Origin: Lama glama
Taxonomy: Eukaryota
Reading direction: 5' to 3'
Assembly: GCA_028534125.1 (NCBI GenBank)
Contig: CM052832.1
Coordinates: 8,186,001 to 8,250,000, forward strand
Length of the DNA: 64,000 nucleotides
The notes beneath the pieces were generated by a model. It was not told where the DNA came from. It searched no databases and saw only the letters and a list, made by a program, of their open reading frames with translations. A program made the translations under genes and the position numbers. This document shows positions 23,361-36,565 of the stretch, piece after piece (positions within the stretch are counted from its first letter, which is position 1; every line of letters starts with the position of its first letter).

Positions 23361-24246
23361 TTCTTGTCCTGGGTGGTGGGCGCCAGGTTCTCATCCCAAC
23401 CCCCTCATTGGGTTTGCACTAAGGGACCAGTGTCTTTTTTGGAGTATGACACTCACTGGGTACAGAGGGGCTGTGACCTTGCTTTTCCCCTCCCACCCAG
23501 GTCCCACCATCCTCAGTCTGGTGACCAGGGGTCTCCCACCCTAGAGAGAGGTGTGGGCAGAAAGTCGGGGCTGCTGCTTCCTCTGCCTATGAGGGCTGAC
23601 AGGAGTTGGGCAGGAGGAGGGGCTGCTCAGAAAAACATAGGGGGACCCCCAGACTGCCTGGGGAGGCTCTGGAGGAATGGGCCTCCCTCTGACATTTGTC
23701 CCTTGGGTGAATCAGGCCAGGCCTCTTGCTCCCCTCACTTCTTGTCATTAACTGTCACAGATTGGCATGCAGGGCCTCATCATCTGTGTGTCACCACTGG
23801 GAAATGACGATTTGGCTCGGCTGCGTCACGGCTGTGGGATCAGCCTCTGTCTTCTTCAATCCATCTTCTGACCAAAAGAATTTCCTGAGTGCTTCCTTTA
23901 TCGGGGAGGGTTGGGGAGCTCAGGTTTGCACACTTTGGGACCCGGTACCTGCCTGAGCTTGGGCCATCTTGGGGTCAGGAACGTCTAGGCCAGTGCATCT
24001 GATTGTCCAACAGTTCCAGGGTAGGAGGAATCGGCCTAATTCAACTGCCCCGGTGCCCTCCCCTTGGCCATCTATTCTCCACTGTCTACTGTATTCACTC
24101 CACTATTTCATAGGCTTGGCATTCCCTCTCTCTGCCTGTGTTTGTAGCCCCTCAGGTCTCATCACCCTCTGAGAGCCTTGGTCCAGCCTCTGCGGCCCTC
24201 ACTCCCTCCTGGAGGGGAGAGCAAGGCCAGAGGGGAGGGGATGTGA

Positions 24247-24725
24247 GTGGCAGATGTTATTTTTCCTAAATCTCCCATCCTATGTGTCCTTCTAGAATCT
24301 TGCTACACCCCTGTCAAAAGTGGGTGTCTGCTCGCTCGCTCTCTCCTTGAATCTGCATGGGTTGTGACCTGTCTGTAACCAACAGAAAGCAGCAGAAGAG
24401 ACTGCATGATTCTCAAGACTAGGACAGAAAAGATGATATGTCTATCTTGCTGGCTGGAAGCTCCTTGCTGGATCCCAGAGGCTGCCATGCTGTGAGGAAG
24501 CCCGAACTAGCCCGTGTGGAGAGACCACGCGGCCAAGTCCTGCCTGTGTGGAGAGAGAAAGATGTCCAGACAGCCCCCTGCTGCTCCAGCTCCAGCCTCC
24601 GTTGGGCTGAAAGCATAGGACAGAACTGGAGCCAGACCCTTCCCAGACCCCTGACCCAGCTATAAAATGATTTGTTTTAGCCACTCAGTTCTGGGGTGCC
24701 CTGTTACACAGCAGTAACTGACCAG
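24247..24725 (+). mobile_element. MaLR LTR (MLT1G/H-like)
   Basis: ccttgaatctg...accaacagaaagcagcagaag.gactg...gctgccatgctgtgaggaagccc...ttgttttagccact.agtt.tggggt...gttacacagca. Confidence 0.85.
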
Positions 24726-25254
24726 GGAGGGTGATGGAATCTTCATTTGTGGCAGGGTATGACCTGGAATCCCAATGTCTCTGCCACTAACTGGCCTTTG
24801 CAGGACCCCTCCTCTCTGGACCTTGGTGTCTTCTCTGAAGAGTGATGGGCTCAGACTAGCTGTGCCTTGAGGCCCAGTCCCTCACACTGCAGGACAGTAA
24901 TGTCTGGATAATGCACTTCTTTCTGTCTGCAGCCTCCTCTGTATAAAACCTCACTCCGCCTAGAGGTCCAGTCCCCAAGCATCACCTCCCTCATGAAGCA
25001 CCTGGATTTCTCTCTAGTGGAGCGGGCAGCACACAGGCAGCTCAGCCCCTCCTCCGCCCCCTCCACTGTGCCTCGGTCTTGTGTCATAGTTTTTAGGTGG
25101 TGAGATCTTGAACCTCAAGGGCTACCTTTCTCTGCTATGTTTCCCTCACAGCTTTAGACACAGTGCCTGCTGCATTGTTGACCCTCCTCCTTCCCCCTCC
25201 CTCCCACTGAAACTAAAACAAATGAATGAATGATGTTGACTATCATTCTGATTG

Positions 25255-25625
25255 TCACTATTGAGAACTTAACGAAGTGCTAGGCACTCTGTTAAACTCT
25301 TTACAAACATCAACTCATTTAATCTTCGTAACAACCCTGTGAGGTGGGTAGCATTTGCAAGCCCATTTTATAGTTGAGGAAACCAAAGCACAGGAAGGGC
25401 AAGTCACTTGTTCAAGGCCACACAGCTGGTAAGTGACAGAGCCAAGAATGGAGCCCAAGGACTGTTCTCTTAACTCCCACATCATGGTGCATTTTATCAC
25501 CCCATTTTATAGATGAGGAAACTAAGGATTAGAGACCTTAAACAAACCACCTAGTCACATAGCTGGTAAGGGGTGGAGCTGGGCTTTTGATTTGGTTCTG
25601 TCTGCAGAGGACGCTGCCCCTAACC
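25255..25625 (-). mobile_element. Two tandem MIR SINEs
   Basis: Two cores, cccattttatagttgaggaaacc (~25362) and ccccattttatagatgaggaaact (~25500), each followed by cacagctggtaag/catagctggtaag. Confidence 0.85.
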
Positions 25626-26524
25626 ACTGGGCTCCCTTGTCCCTCAGCAGGGACTCTAACCCTCATGCCACTCGTGTGAGTTTAGCTCCCACTGAGAGGG
25701 CAGGCAGGGGTTACCAAGACAAGTTTACAGCCTGGAGAGGGCTGTCATCCCCTCTGACTTGATGATAACAGTGCAATTAAGGACCCTGGGCATAAGCGGC
25801 TCTTCCATTCAGCCCTGGACAGGGTGCTTTGGGCCGGGAGGACCACGGACTGCCAGACATGGCCGTACTCTCTGGCCTCCCCACCCTCTCACGCTTTCCC
25901 TCCAGCCAGATGTCAAACCTCTTTTCTCACTGGGTGTGCATGTCTTCTGGGCTATGTGAGGACACTTTGGCCCAAGGGGGCTCAGTGACTCAAGCGGGGT
26001 CTCCGGCAAGGCCTGGTGGGGCAGGGACTTGCTTGGGACTGCATTTCACATTCTGCTTGGCCAATCTGTCACCGCACTCACTGTCATCGCGTTCTCTGCA
26101 GTGGTCTAGGCCGGGGGACTTTCTGGGACATCTAGTTCCAAGTGCATAGAGAGACGTCTTTGGGGCCAAAGCCCTGCCCGCAGCCCTGAGTGAGCAGTCC
26201 CTGTGGTCAGGGAGCATCCTCTGAGCCAGTTCTTGATGGAACTTGGGCTGGGGCGGAGCTGCCGTGTGCTCCCGATGCTCCCTGGGTGGGTGGCAGGGGG
26301 GCTTGGGGCTCCAGATCTGGGTGTCTGGGGCTGGTGGCATTAGGATGGGTCTGTTGGGAACAGCAGTTTGGGGTGAGTGTAGTGGTACCAAATCAGTCAA
26401 GGGTGGGCTCCAAGTAGAAGTTCTTTTAGGCTCCTGTTTCCCCTATGTCAAAGAAACAAAATCTTTCCCCTTGCAAAGTTCATTTAGGAAGAACTGGACT
26501 CTGAGAAGTGACTTATTGAACTGG

Positions 26525-27010
26525 GAGACTTGTATGAGAATGTTCAGAGCAGCATTGCTGATGACAGTGGTGCTGGAAACTGCCCAGATGCCCATCAGTT
26601 GCAGAGTGGATGAATGGGCTGTGGCCCCGTGGTCACAGGACGAAATACTATACTGCAGTCAGTATGAATGACTTACTGTAACACGCGACAATACGCAGGA
26701 ATCTTGGCAAAATAAAATTGAGATGAAAAAGTCCCAAGAGATTACATACCCCCTTGATACTCTTTTTATGAAGTTAAAAGACCATTAAAATTAAAAAATT
26801 AATTTTATGGACTCCACATGGGTGCCATTAAACTCTATAAAGCATAAAGTAAGGGAATATAAACAGAGGATTCAAATAAGTTACCACGGGGCGGGGGTGG
26901 GGGTGATGAGGAATAGGGGCTGTGGTTAGGTGTGGTCACTGTCAGGAACTAGCTATTGTTCTGGGTGGTGGGTTTACGGATGCTTATTGCATTATTAAAA
27001 CCAACTAACT
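26525..27010 (+). mobile_element. L1ME-like 3' end
   Basis: tgtatgagaatgttcagagcagcattg...ctggaaac..cccagatgcccatca...agtggat...gaaatactatac.gcagt. Confidence 0.75.
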
Positions 27011-27233
27011 AACCAGCGTAAATCAAAATGGGCTGGGTTTGTACCATTAATGGGTATATGGATCAAGGTCCAAAATGAAGAACAAAGCAAAGTAGAATGA
27101 AAGACATGAACTGGTATGGCCCCCCACCCCCCTGAGAGGAGAAGGCATCAAGAAATGCTTGAGTGGTGGAGAGCAAGAGCTTGGCAGTTTGGGGACCTGT
27201 GGGGCCCAGCTCTGGGACCCTGGGAAAGGGCCT

Positions 27234-27845
27234 TGTATACATTTTCTGTTACTGTATAACAAATTACCACAAACTTAGCTTAAAACCACACCCATTTGTT
27301 ACCTCACTGTTTCTGTAGGTCAAAAGTCTAGGGAGAGCACAACTGGGTTTTCTGCTCCAGAGCTCACCAGGCTAAAATCAAGGTGCTGCCTGGGAGTACG
27401 ATCTCGTATGAGATCTCCTCTGCCTAGCCCCTTGCAGCTGTGGGACTGGGGGACTCAACTCAGATGCCACTGCTGTTCCCTGCCATGTGACTCTCTCCAG
27501 ACTGTGGCAGTTTGCTTCCTCAAGGCCAAGAGGAGAGCAGCTCTGCTGTTTTGAACCTCTCTAGCCTCTTTCATCTGCATCTTCTAGACTCATGTTAAAC
27601 GCACACCTGATTAGGTCAAGACCACCCAAGAAAAATCTCCCTTGTGATTAACTCAAAGGCAACTGGTTAGGGACCTTAATTACATCTGCAAATCCCTTCA
27701 TTGTTGCCATGGAATATGATCTAATTATGGAAATCATATCTCATCATATTCATAGGTACTGCTCATCCCCAAGGGGAGGGGATTTTACAGGGTGTGTATG
27801 CCAGGGGGTGGAATCTCAAGGACCACCTGAGAGTAATGCTCACTA
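27234..27845 (-). mobile_element. MaLR LTR (MLT1E-like)
   Basis: gtataacaaattaccacaaacttag...ctgattaggtcaagaccaccca...gattaactcaaag.caactg.ttagggaccttaattacatctgcaaatccctt. Confidence 0.9.
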
Positions 27846-27959
27846 GAGCTCCTTTCCAAGCCTTGGTGTTCTCCTTCATGGAGTAAAGAGTATAATCTGT
27901 TGGGATTTTGGAAAGATTACATGAGATGAGGTATGAAGAAGTGCTGTCGTACATTCAGA

Positions 27960-28100
27960 GATAGCGAGGGCCTGCTGCGTGCCAGGCGGGCCCTTGGGAG
28001 CTCACTGAACACAGTGGTGTGCAACATGGACATAGTCCCTGCCCTCGTGGGGCTGATAGTCTAATGGAGGAGGCAAGTATTAGCTGAACAAATAAAGGCT
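27960..28100 (-). mobile_element. L2 fragment
   Basis: gacatagtccctgccctcgtggggctgatagtctaatgga. Confidence 0.65.
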
Positions 28101-28109
28101 ATAGTGTGA

Positions 28110-29840
28110 TACGCAGGATCTATATGCTGAAAACTACAAAATGCTGTTGCCAGAATTCAGTGAAGACCTAAATAAATGAAAAGATATACTGTATCCATGG
28201 ATTGGAAGACTCAGCGTAGTGAAGATGTTAATTTTCCCAAAGTGAATTATAGATTGGACACAATGCCAATCAAAATTCCAGCAGGATATTTTTGAGGGGG
28301 TTAGATATTAACAAGTAGTTTCTAAAATTTATAGAAGGGCAAAGAACTAGAATAGCTAAAATAATTTTGAAGGAAAAAAAGAATAAAGTGGGAGGAATCA
28401 ACTCAATTTTAAGACAGTATGAAACTATAGCAATCAAGATAGTGCTGTATTGGCAAAGAGATGGACACATGGATCAATGAAGTAGAATAGAACATCTAAA
28501 AATTGTTCCACACAAGTGTGATCAATATGTACAAAGATATGCTGGTGGAGAAAGGATAGTCTTTTCAACAAATAGTGTTGGAGCAATTGGTCACCCATAA
28601 GCTAAACAAGCAAACAAACAAACAAGCAAACCTTTACCTAAATCCAAAGAGTAAATCAAAATGGATCATAGATCTAAATGTAAAACCTAAAACTGTAAAA
28701 CTTTAAAATCATATATCTGAAAATCTTCATGACTTGGGATGATGTGAAAGTCTTTATAAGTGGTATCAAAATCATGATTCATGAAAGGAAAAATTGGTAA
28801 GTTGGACTTCATCAAAATTTAAAACTTTTGCTCTGCCAAAGACACTGTGAAGAGAGTGAAGAGACAAATTGCAGACTAGGGGGGAAACATCTGCAAACGG
28901 CATACCCGGCAAGGGACTTCTGTCTAGATTATCTCAAAATGCAATAGCAAGAAAACAAGCCATCCAATTAAAAAATGGACAAAAGACTTGTAAAGACACA
29001 TCACCAAATGGATATCAAGATGACAAATGAATACATGAAAAGCTATTCAACATCATTAGCCATGAGGAAAACGCAAGTGGAAATCTTGCAGCGATATATC
29101 ACATGCCTATTAGGATAACTATAATAAAGAATATTGACCGAATCGAGTGCTGATGAGAATACAGAGGAACTGGGGCTCTTACGTACTGCCAGTGGGAATG
29201 GAAGATGGTACAGGCACTTGGAAAAATGGTATGTTAGTTTCTTGTATAGTTAAACATATGCTTCCCGTATGACCCAGGAATCCCACACCTACAATACTTA
29301 CCCCACAGAAATGAGAACTTTTCTTCACCTGAAAACTCATGCATGAATGTTCATAGCAGCTTCATTTGTAGTAGCCAAAAGCTGGAAACAAGCTTTGGGG
29401 GGTGGATGTCCTTCAGGGGGTGGATGGTTAAATAAAGTGTGGTATATCCAAACAATGGAATACTAGTCAACAGTGAAAAAGCACAGTAACGAGACATGCA
29501 ACAATTTGGATGGATCTCAGACATTTATACTACATGAGAGAAGCTAGTCTAAAGGTTACATACTGAATGACTCCTTTTATTTGACAGTCTCGAAAAGATA
29601 AAATTATAGTGATGGAAAACAGATTAGTGGTTGCCAGGGCTATGGGTGTGGTGAGGGCATAACTTATTATAAAGGGATAGTACTAGGGATTTTTGGGGGA
29701 TGAGGGAACAGCTCTGTATCTTAATTGTTGTGATGGTTACACAAATCTATACATATGTTAAAATTCATAGAACTATGTACTAGAATGGGAAAAAAAGTAA
29801 ATTTTACTGTATAGTAACTAAAAACAAACAAACAAAAGAC
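28110..29840 (+). mobile_element. 5'-truncated L1 (L1MC/MD-like): ORF2 C-terminal part, 3'UTR and A-rich tail
   Basis: Translates to decayed L1 ORF2 (YAENYKML..EDLNK*KDI..WIGRL..VKM...PIKIP); 3'UTR aacagattagtggttgccagg; tail aaaacaaacaaacaaaa. Confidence 0.92.
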
Positions 29841-30529
29841 CGGTGTGGACAAGGCTCTAGGAGTGAGATGCTTGGCCCTTGGGGAGCAGATTCATCTTTC
29901 AAAAAGGTTGTTCATGGAGAAGCCTGCACAGTGCATAGAATTTAATAAATGCCCAGTACATAAACAGTTGCAATAAAGAGATAAATTAATTATGATCTCA
30001 GTGAGTCTACAAAGTGATGTTCCCAAAAACTAAACACTAGATTCTTCTGGGAAGTGGATTCCTAAAGTGAAAGCAAGGTAGACACCAGAAGTTGCTCAAA
30101 AGATGCCCCAAGTCCAGCCTGCCCTGACCCAGCTGGTCGATGGGAACGCCCCCAGAGCTGGAGAGAGCGGGTAGCCTGCAGGCCTGGGAGGGCCAACCCC
30201 AGACCCCCTCTCTATGGGCAAACCTTGCTCAAAGCCACCCAGGAGGGCTGGGTCTTCAAGGGTGGAGGAGAAAGCAGCTGGCTCTGATGGAGATCTGCTT
30301 CCTCTCAACTCCTAGGTGGCCCTCAGCTGTGACCTACTTTTCCTACCTGTCAGTGCAGGTGAACACACCTGCCCACAGCTATTTTTATCAAAGCAGAATT
30401 CCCAGCTGTTTTTACCAGCCCCGGCCTGTGAGAGTTGGATTGTAGGAGATCCTGATGGATGTTCCCTTCCCTCCTCCTCCCGTGGGGACCGTGTTGCCTT
30501 CCCACAGCCACCCCTGCCCCAGGTGTCTC

Positions 30530-30810
30530 TCCTGCTGTAAATCTTGTGAGAGCTCCCCATTGCCTACAGGATAGAGTTCAAGCTATTCAATGAACATGTA
30601 ATTGAAGCTCTCTCTACCTGGAACTCAGCTTCCCTTTGGTCTCATATCACTCCACACCTTGAAGCCAGCCCGCCCAAGGAGCTAACCAATCAGGCCCCTT
30701 GCCAGATGCTGACAAGGCCTCTTGATTTCCTGCGTGTATGCTTTCTCTTCCACCTCTATTGGGCCCAGCACCCATGCCACCTCCTCCATGGAGCCCTCGT
30801 TGATTCCCTG
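30530..30810 (+). mobile_element. L2 fragment
   Basis: gctccccattgcctacaggatagagttcaa...ccacctcctccatggagccctc. Confidence 0.6.
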
Positions 30811-31619
30811 GCTGACAGGGATTGTGCCTTCCCCTAGAGAACTATTGTCCTAGGACCACGTATCTGGCACTTTCTGCTCCTCTGCCTCAGGGGGTGTCTG
30901 TCCATCTGTGGGTCTGTATGTCTCTCTTCCTGGTTTTGGGGGCTGGCCCTCGCCCACCACCATCCCCACACCGAACGTGTGCGAAGGACGGCGGGGGTGC
31001 TACTGCCTCTCCTGCACCCTCCAGGCTGCCCAGTGCACCTGGGCTCTTGGATGCCTGCCCTCCCCAGGACAGGGTGAGGACTCGGCCATCTTCTGGCTGC
31101 TAGGCTCTCCGCCTCTATGAATCAGCAAACCCTTCCCAGGGCGTGCAACAGGCTCAGCGCTTTTCTGAGTGCTCTGAGGAGGATGTGGGGGAGTCAGAGG
31201 AGCCACACTCCTCAGAGGAGACTGGGCAGGCAGACTTGAATCTCCAGGGACTACACATGTGGTGAGACGTGCCTGGGGTCCCCCAGAGGTGCACCCCGCC
31301 ACCCCTCTAACCACTGCCCCATCTTTCTCCTCTTCCTGGAGGAATGCCCCCCACCCCCACTTCCCATCGCACGGCCTTTCATGTCCTCTTCACCCCACAG
31401 CCTGGCCCTGGTCCCTGACCTTTGCAGGCCCTGCCAGGACCTCCTGGGCACCACATGTCCTGGGGCTGCTGAGTTCCTATCTTCCTGGGCATGCTGACCT
31501 CCCACGATCCCCTGGGTCTCCTCCTCCATCTCCTTGAAGGCCTCCCACCTCCATGGTCCTGGAGAGGCCAGAAGTCCTCAGGGTAAGACTAAGGCCTCCC
31601 TTCTCCCTGAACCCACTCA

Positions 31620-31980
31620 AGGTCTCAACTGTCAGCACTGGCCTCCAAATCTTTTCTTCTACTCAGGTCTTTTTCTCTGAGCTCCAGATCCCTGAAATTC
31701 TCACAGCCCCTCAAACTTAGCGTGGTCTAAACTCAACTCATCCCCTTCTTCCCTAACCAGGTCTTCCTCTGTCCTTCCCTCCCCGCCCCCTCTTCCACCA
31801 TCTGGACCCTCCCTCTGCTTCCTGACTTGGCTTCCTAAGCACAGAGGGTCAGGCCTCCTGGTTCCTAATTGCCATAGCCGCTCCTGCCCTGGCTTCCTGC
31901 CTCCTGCCTTTCTCACTCCCACTCATCCTCCACTCAGCAACAGGCACAGAACTGGCCAGACCCTCCTTAAACTTTGCTGT
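31620..31980 (+). mobile_element. L2 fragment
   Basis: ctctgagctccagatcc...ctcaaacttagcgtggtctaaact.aactcatc. Confidence 0.6.
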
Positions 31981-34059
31981 TTGCAGAATGACGTCCAAGA
32001 GTCTTAGGAAGGAGGCTGGGTGTGTGTGGCATCTGTGAAGCCAGGCTATTGGGGGCACATCCTGCTGGCTGTGGGACCCAGGCAAATGACTTTCCCTCTT
32101 GGAGCCTCCATTTCTTTGTTTGTCCAGCATTTCTACCCCTGGGCTGTTGTGAGAACCAAACAAGATAATAGGTGTGGTGGGTTGGAAGGCGCTGGCCTGC
32201 AGGGAGCACTCCGTGTACATGGCCATAGTGGCCGACGGTATTATTAGCCAGCTGCGTCCTCTTGCCCTGCTCTCTGCAGTTTCGACCCTTCTTTCCCACT
32301 TGGCCATGCAGCCAAACAAAAAAGCCTCTACGTCCCTGACCTTGCTTTCCTTTCTGCAGCAGATGCCCCCTCCTGCCTGCACACCTAGCTGACAACTTTT
32401 CCTACAAGGCCCATTGGGTATCCCATCTCTTCCGTGTGGCCCTCCATAGCGCCACCAGTTCCTTAACATGCCCCACGGCACCCCTCCTTTGATGATATAT
32501 GACATTCCTTATCTAGCTCACCATTTGGAAGTCCTTTCCCATGTCTGACCTTAGTCTTACCAGCTGCAGAATGACCCTTATATCTAAGGCTTCCCCCATG
32601 GAAATACCACAGGGGCTGAGTTGGTGAGATAGCAAGAAAGGGAGAGGGCTTCTGTATGATCTATTTCAGAAACCACCCTCATTCTGGAAATCGGTTCATC
32701 CTGACGTCTAACCCCATGACTACCTACCATGGGTAAAGACTCTTTCTTCTTGCCTGTCCTTAAGAGACACAGGACATTTATTCCAGGGCTTCCCTACCTA
32801 CCTGGCAGAGACAGGGATCAAGGCCTGGCTGTTCCTGACTTGTCTCTTGAAGGAGAGTTGTGGGTTTGGGGGTGCAGGGGGTGTCCCCATGGTTACACAA
32901 GGTGGGCTTACTGCCAGCCCAGGCGAAAAAACACATCCTAACCCTGGTTATCCAGGGAGGAGAGGCCTCTGGCCAACTCTATAAGGGCTATGCTGCCCAT
33001 TGTACAGATGGGGAAACTGAGTCCCAGGGCAAAAAATGGGCTTTCCCCAGGGCACATGGTCAGGACTGATGCTCACTGCAATCCCCTCTCCAGTCTGTCC
33101 AGGTTTCTAGGAAGGCACTAGAGGTTTGTAGCACCCTACAGCCTGAGTCACAGGTGAAGGAAAAGCAGGCTAACTGTCCTTTGTGACTCCAAAGCAAGAA
33201 GCTCCATCCTTCTTGTCTCCTGAAAGTCCAACATGTAGTTTAGTAGAGAAGCCAAAAAGAACTTGCTGTCAATAGGAAGTGAGGAAAACTGGTATTCACT
33301 TTTCTGACGGTATTTAACCAATAGACAAGAGAATCTCCCTCGTACAGTGGTGCAGGTTGTCTATTGTGCGAAGAGCAAAAGGGAAATGAAATTTCTCTGA
33401 TTCAAACCAACATGCTTAAGAGGCTTGTAGCGGGTGGGTGCTGTAGACTAGCCATCCTCACATCGTGCTCTTCCTAGGTCTGGCCTGGGAGAGAAGCAGT
33501 TGCCCCAAGCCTGGCCTGCTCTGTGTCTTGCTCTCCTGCCCACCCTGGTTGCCTCTAGTCTCCTGTGATTGAAATCTCCCTGCTGGTCTCAGAGCTGACC
33601 TTCCCGCCTTTAATTCAATCAGGAATCACAAGCCCTTTTAATTTTGGAAATAAAAGGCCAGCTGCTGAGCCGGCTGCACCTGATTGACGGGGATGCCAGC
33701 ATGGCCAGGCTGGCCTGGGGAGGGGGCACAGACCCATGACCTCAGCCTGCCTCTCTGGGGTAAGGACGCTCCCCTGAGGCCTGGGGAACAAAAGAGAACC
33801 ACCCAACTCCTGACCCCCAACAGAGGAGGGGCAAAGGCCTCATGGTTGGGGGTGGCTGCTGGCTGGCCCGGGGCAGCTGTGGAATGTCAGGTTCTCACTG
33901 AAGCCTGGGGCACTTGGGGCAGACATAAAGGAGGACTTCCCAACCAACTCATTCCTCCCTTAGTCCTTATGTGACTCTGGTTCAATGTTCCAAAGTACCC
34001 TGGCCACACATATTTTTCCAAGGAAGCAGAAGAGGTGGCTGAAGAATCAATGCTCGCTT

Positions 34060-34210
34060 TTCTGGACTTCAGTTTCTCATCTGTATATGGGGATAATCAT
34101 GCAACCTAGCCACAGGGCTGTTTTGAAGATTAAATGAATTAATGAAAGCTCTCTGGCATATAATAACCTCTCATTAAATTATATCTAATAATATTCTTAA
34201 TAATATTACT
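34060..34210 (+). mobile_element. MIR SINE
   Basis: ttcagtttctcatctgtatatggggataat...agggctgttttgaagattaaatga. Confidence 0.8.
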
Positions 34211-35464
34211 CTGCTAGAGGAACACAGTGTCCTCACCTTTACTTGGAAGTGGCAGGGACTTGGGGTGAGAGGGTCCAGGGCTGTGAACACTGTTGTTCTC
34301 TTTCCTTTCCATGAGATAGCCCAGGGCAGACCTTTCCAGGGCCTTCCCTCCCTCCCTAGGGAGGCTGTATATGGCAGTGGAAAGCTGCTGGCTTAGGGTT
34401 AGAATTCTAGTTAAGCACATTTTGGCTATGTGAACTTGTGCTCTGAGCCTCAGTCTCCTCCTTTGGAAAGTGTGCTAGGAGCACCTACTGGAAGGATGAT
34501 GTGCTGTGTAGTACCTAGGCCAGAGCCTGACTTACAGAAGCTGCTCAGAATGTGGTACCTCCTCCCCAAACCCTAATCGAGTGCTTAGCATGGCCTGTCC
34601 AAGTGGGAAGCCCTGTTTCCCTGTGGTTTGAAGCTCAGCTCTGAGCCGCCACTGCCCTGTTTCTGTCCAACCACATTGCGTGCACATCCTGTGGCCTGAT
34701 TCCCCCAGGGTCCTGCTAGTGGCCAGGGCCTGCCCAGTGGCTCTCACTGTGGCCAGCCTCATCTTCCTGGGCTGCTCCTGTGGAAGGAAACACCTAGGGC
34801 TGACCCAGATGGCCCGATGCTCCCTGAATGTGTGCAGCACGGTGCCTGGCACAGGAAAGCTGCTCAGAGAGGCCTCTCCCCAAACTCTGACCCACCCTCC
34901 TGACCCAGACGTACTTTAAAAACACATACTATCATATCATTCTTCGGTTTCTCGATAAACAATTCCACACTGCTCCTGTGTAAAACGGGTTTGAAGCTGA
35001 AGGTAATTGTCACAGTGGCCACCCACAGAGCTCCAGGCTTACTCTGTACTACACTTGGGGCTGAGCAATCCACCCTCCCACTGCCCTGGGAGGTAAGGAT
35101 TGCATTGCACAGCTGAGGAGATGGAAACTCAAAGAGATTGAGTAACTTCTCCAACCTAACCCAGCTCTGAAGCAGCAGGGCTGGGATCTCAAACCAAGCT
35201 CTCTACAGACTTGTCTGGACAGTTCACAGAAGTCCCTTGTGTCCGTTGTTGCATTTGATTTCACAGCAACTGTGGGGTTATGCCAAGCACGTGATGACCA
35301 TTATTATCCTGTCTTACAGAGGAGGCTCCCAGATGGCACAGTGAGTCAAAGATGGGACAGGGATTAAGTTCTGACCCTGTGCTCAGGCCCTGACTCCAAG
35401 ACTAGCCCTCTCCACTGGATTTAAAAGCAATCCCTTACTCCCTAAACCCAAGGTTCCAACTAGA

Positions 35465-35860
35465 TCATTCTTTCACTCATTCATTCATCCATTTGGCAGA
35501 AATTTATCAGGTACCTACTATGTTCCAGTCCCTGTGCGGGAGATTAGTGCTGAGCAAGCCAGAGCCTGCCTCTTCCTGCAGCTTACCATCTTTGTGAATA
35601 AGAAAGACTTGAGACAATCACACGTGCAAAACTGATAAAAAGAGTGATAAGCATTGTTCCTGGGGTGGGGTGAGAAATCCAGGAAGGTCTTCCTGGGAGC
35701 CTTGGAATCTGAAGGTAGATTAGGAATTTGTCCTGGGAAGTGGACGTGGAGGCCGGGAGGAACAGCCTAGGTCTAGGGGACAGTAGGCACAAAGGCCCCG
35801 AAGCAGGAACAGTCAGTACAAATAAGGCTAGGAAGAGCCTGGAGGGCCTGTCTTCATGCT
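35465..35860 (-). mobile_element. L2 3' fragment
   Basis: cactcattcattcatccatt...atttatcaggtacctactatgttccag...ggaacagc....cacaaaggccc. Confidence 0.75.
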
Positions 35861-36098
35861 AAAAGGAGGGCCTAGGGTGGGTTTGCGTTCCAGGTTAGTG
35901 GAGAGGAGATTGGAAGGAGTTGAGTTATTTTAGATTCCCCAGTCAGGAGGCAACCTTAGTGGTCCAGGCACAGGGCTGCAGTGGGCCTGGAGGGGAGGAA
36001 AAAGGAGGTGAGGCAGGCTAGCTCTACCCACAGCCCCTTCAGGCTCCTCCAGTCCTTTCCCAGGGGCTTGTTGCAGTGGCTAATGCACTGACCCCCAG

Positions 36099-36320
36099 GC
36101 AGTGATGTGTTGGTAGTTTGTTTAACAACCGGATCTCTGGGAGAAAGTCTTTATTAGTTGTATTTGCCAATATCCATGGTGTAAATGCTTCCACCGTGGT
36201 TGATTTTAGTCTACCAATCTGAAGTCAATGAATAAGAAGTGGGGAGGAGGTAGTGTATAGTTGCCCAAGCAGAAATTTCACAGAGCAGTGAGACACATAC
36301 AAATAACATTTCATTAGAAC
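36099..36320. mobile_element. hAT-Blackjack MER63-like element
   Basis: cagtgatgtgttggta...tgtttaacaaccgg.tctct...tttgccaat.tccatggtgtaaat.ct.ccacc.tggttgattt. Confidence 0.75.
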
Positions 36321-36374
36321 CACTTGCCTTTCTGAGACCTGAGGGTAGTAGTGTGTTGAAGTCAACTTGCTAAA

Positions 36375-36565
36375 GATTAATGACGCTGAGCATCTTTTCA
36401 TGTGCATGTTGGCCACCTAAATGTCCTCTTTGGAAAAGTGTCTATTCAGGTCTTCTGTTCATTTTTTGATGTTGAGTTATATGAGCTGTTCATATATTTT
36501 GGATATTAACCCCTTATCAGTCATATCATTTGCAAATATTTTCTCCCATTCAGTGGGTTGTCTTT
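36375..36565 (-). mobile_element. Younger L1 ORF2 3' fragment nested in the older L1
   Basis: gagcatcttttcatgtgc.tgttggcca...gtctattcaggtcttctg...ggatattaaccccttatcag..atatcatttgcaaatattttctcccattc; appears less diverged than its flanks. Confidence 0.85.
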
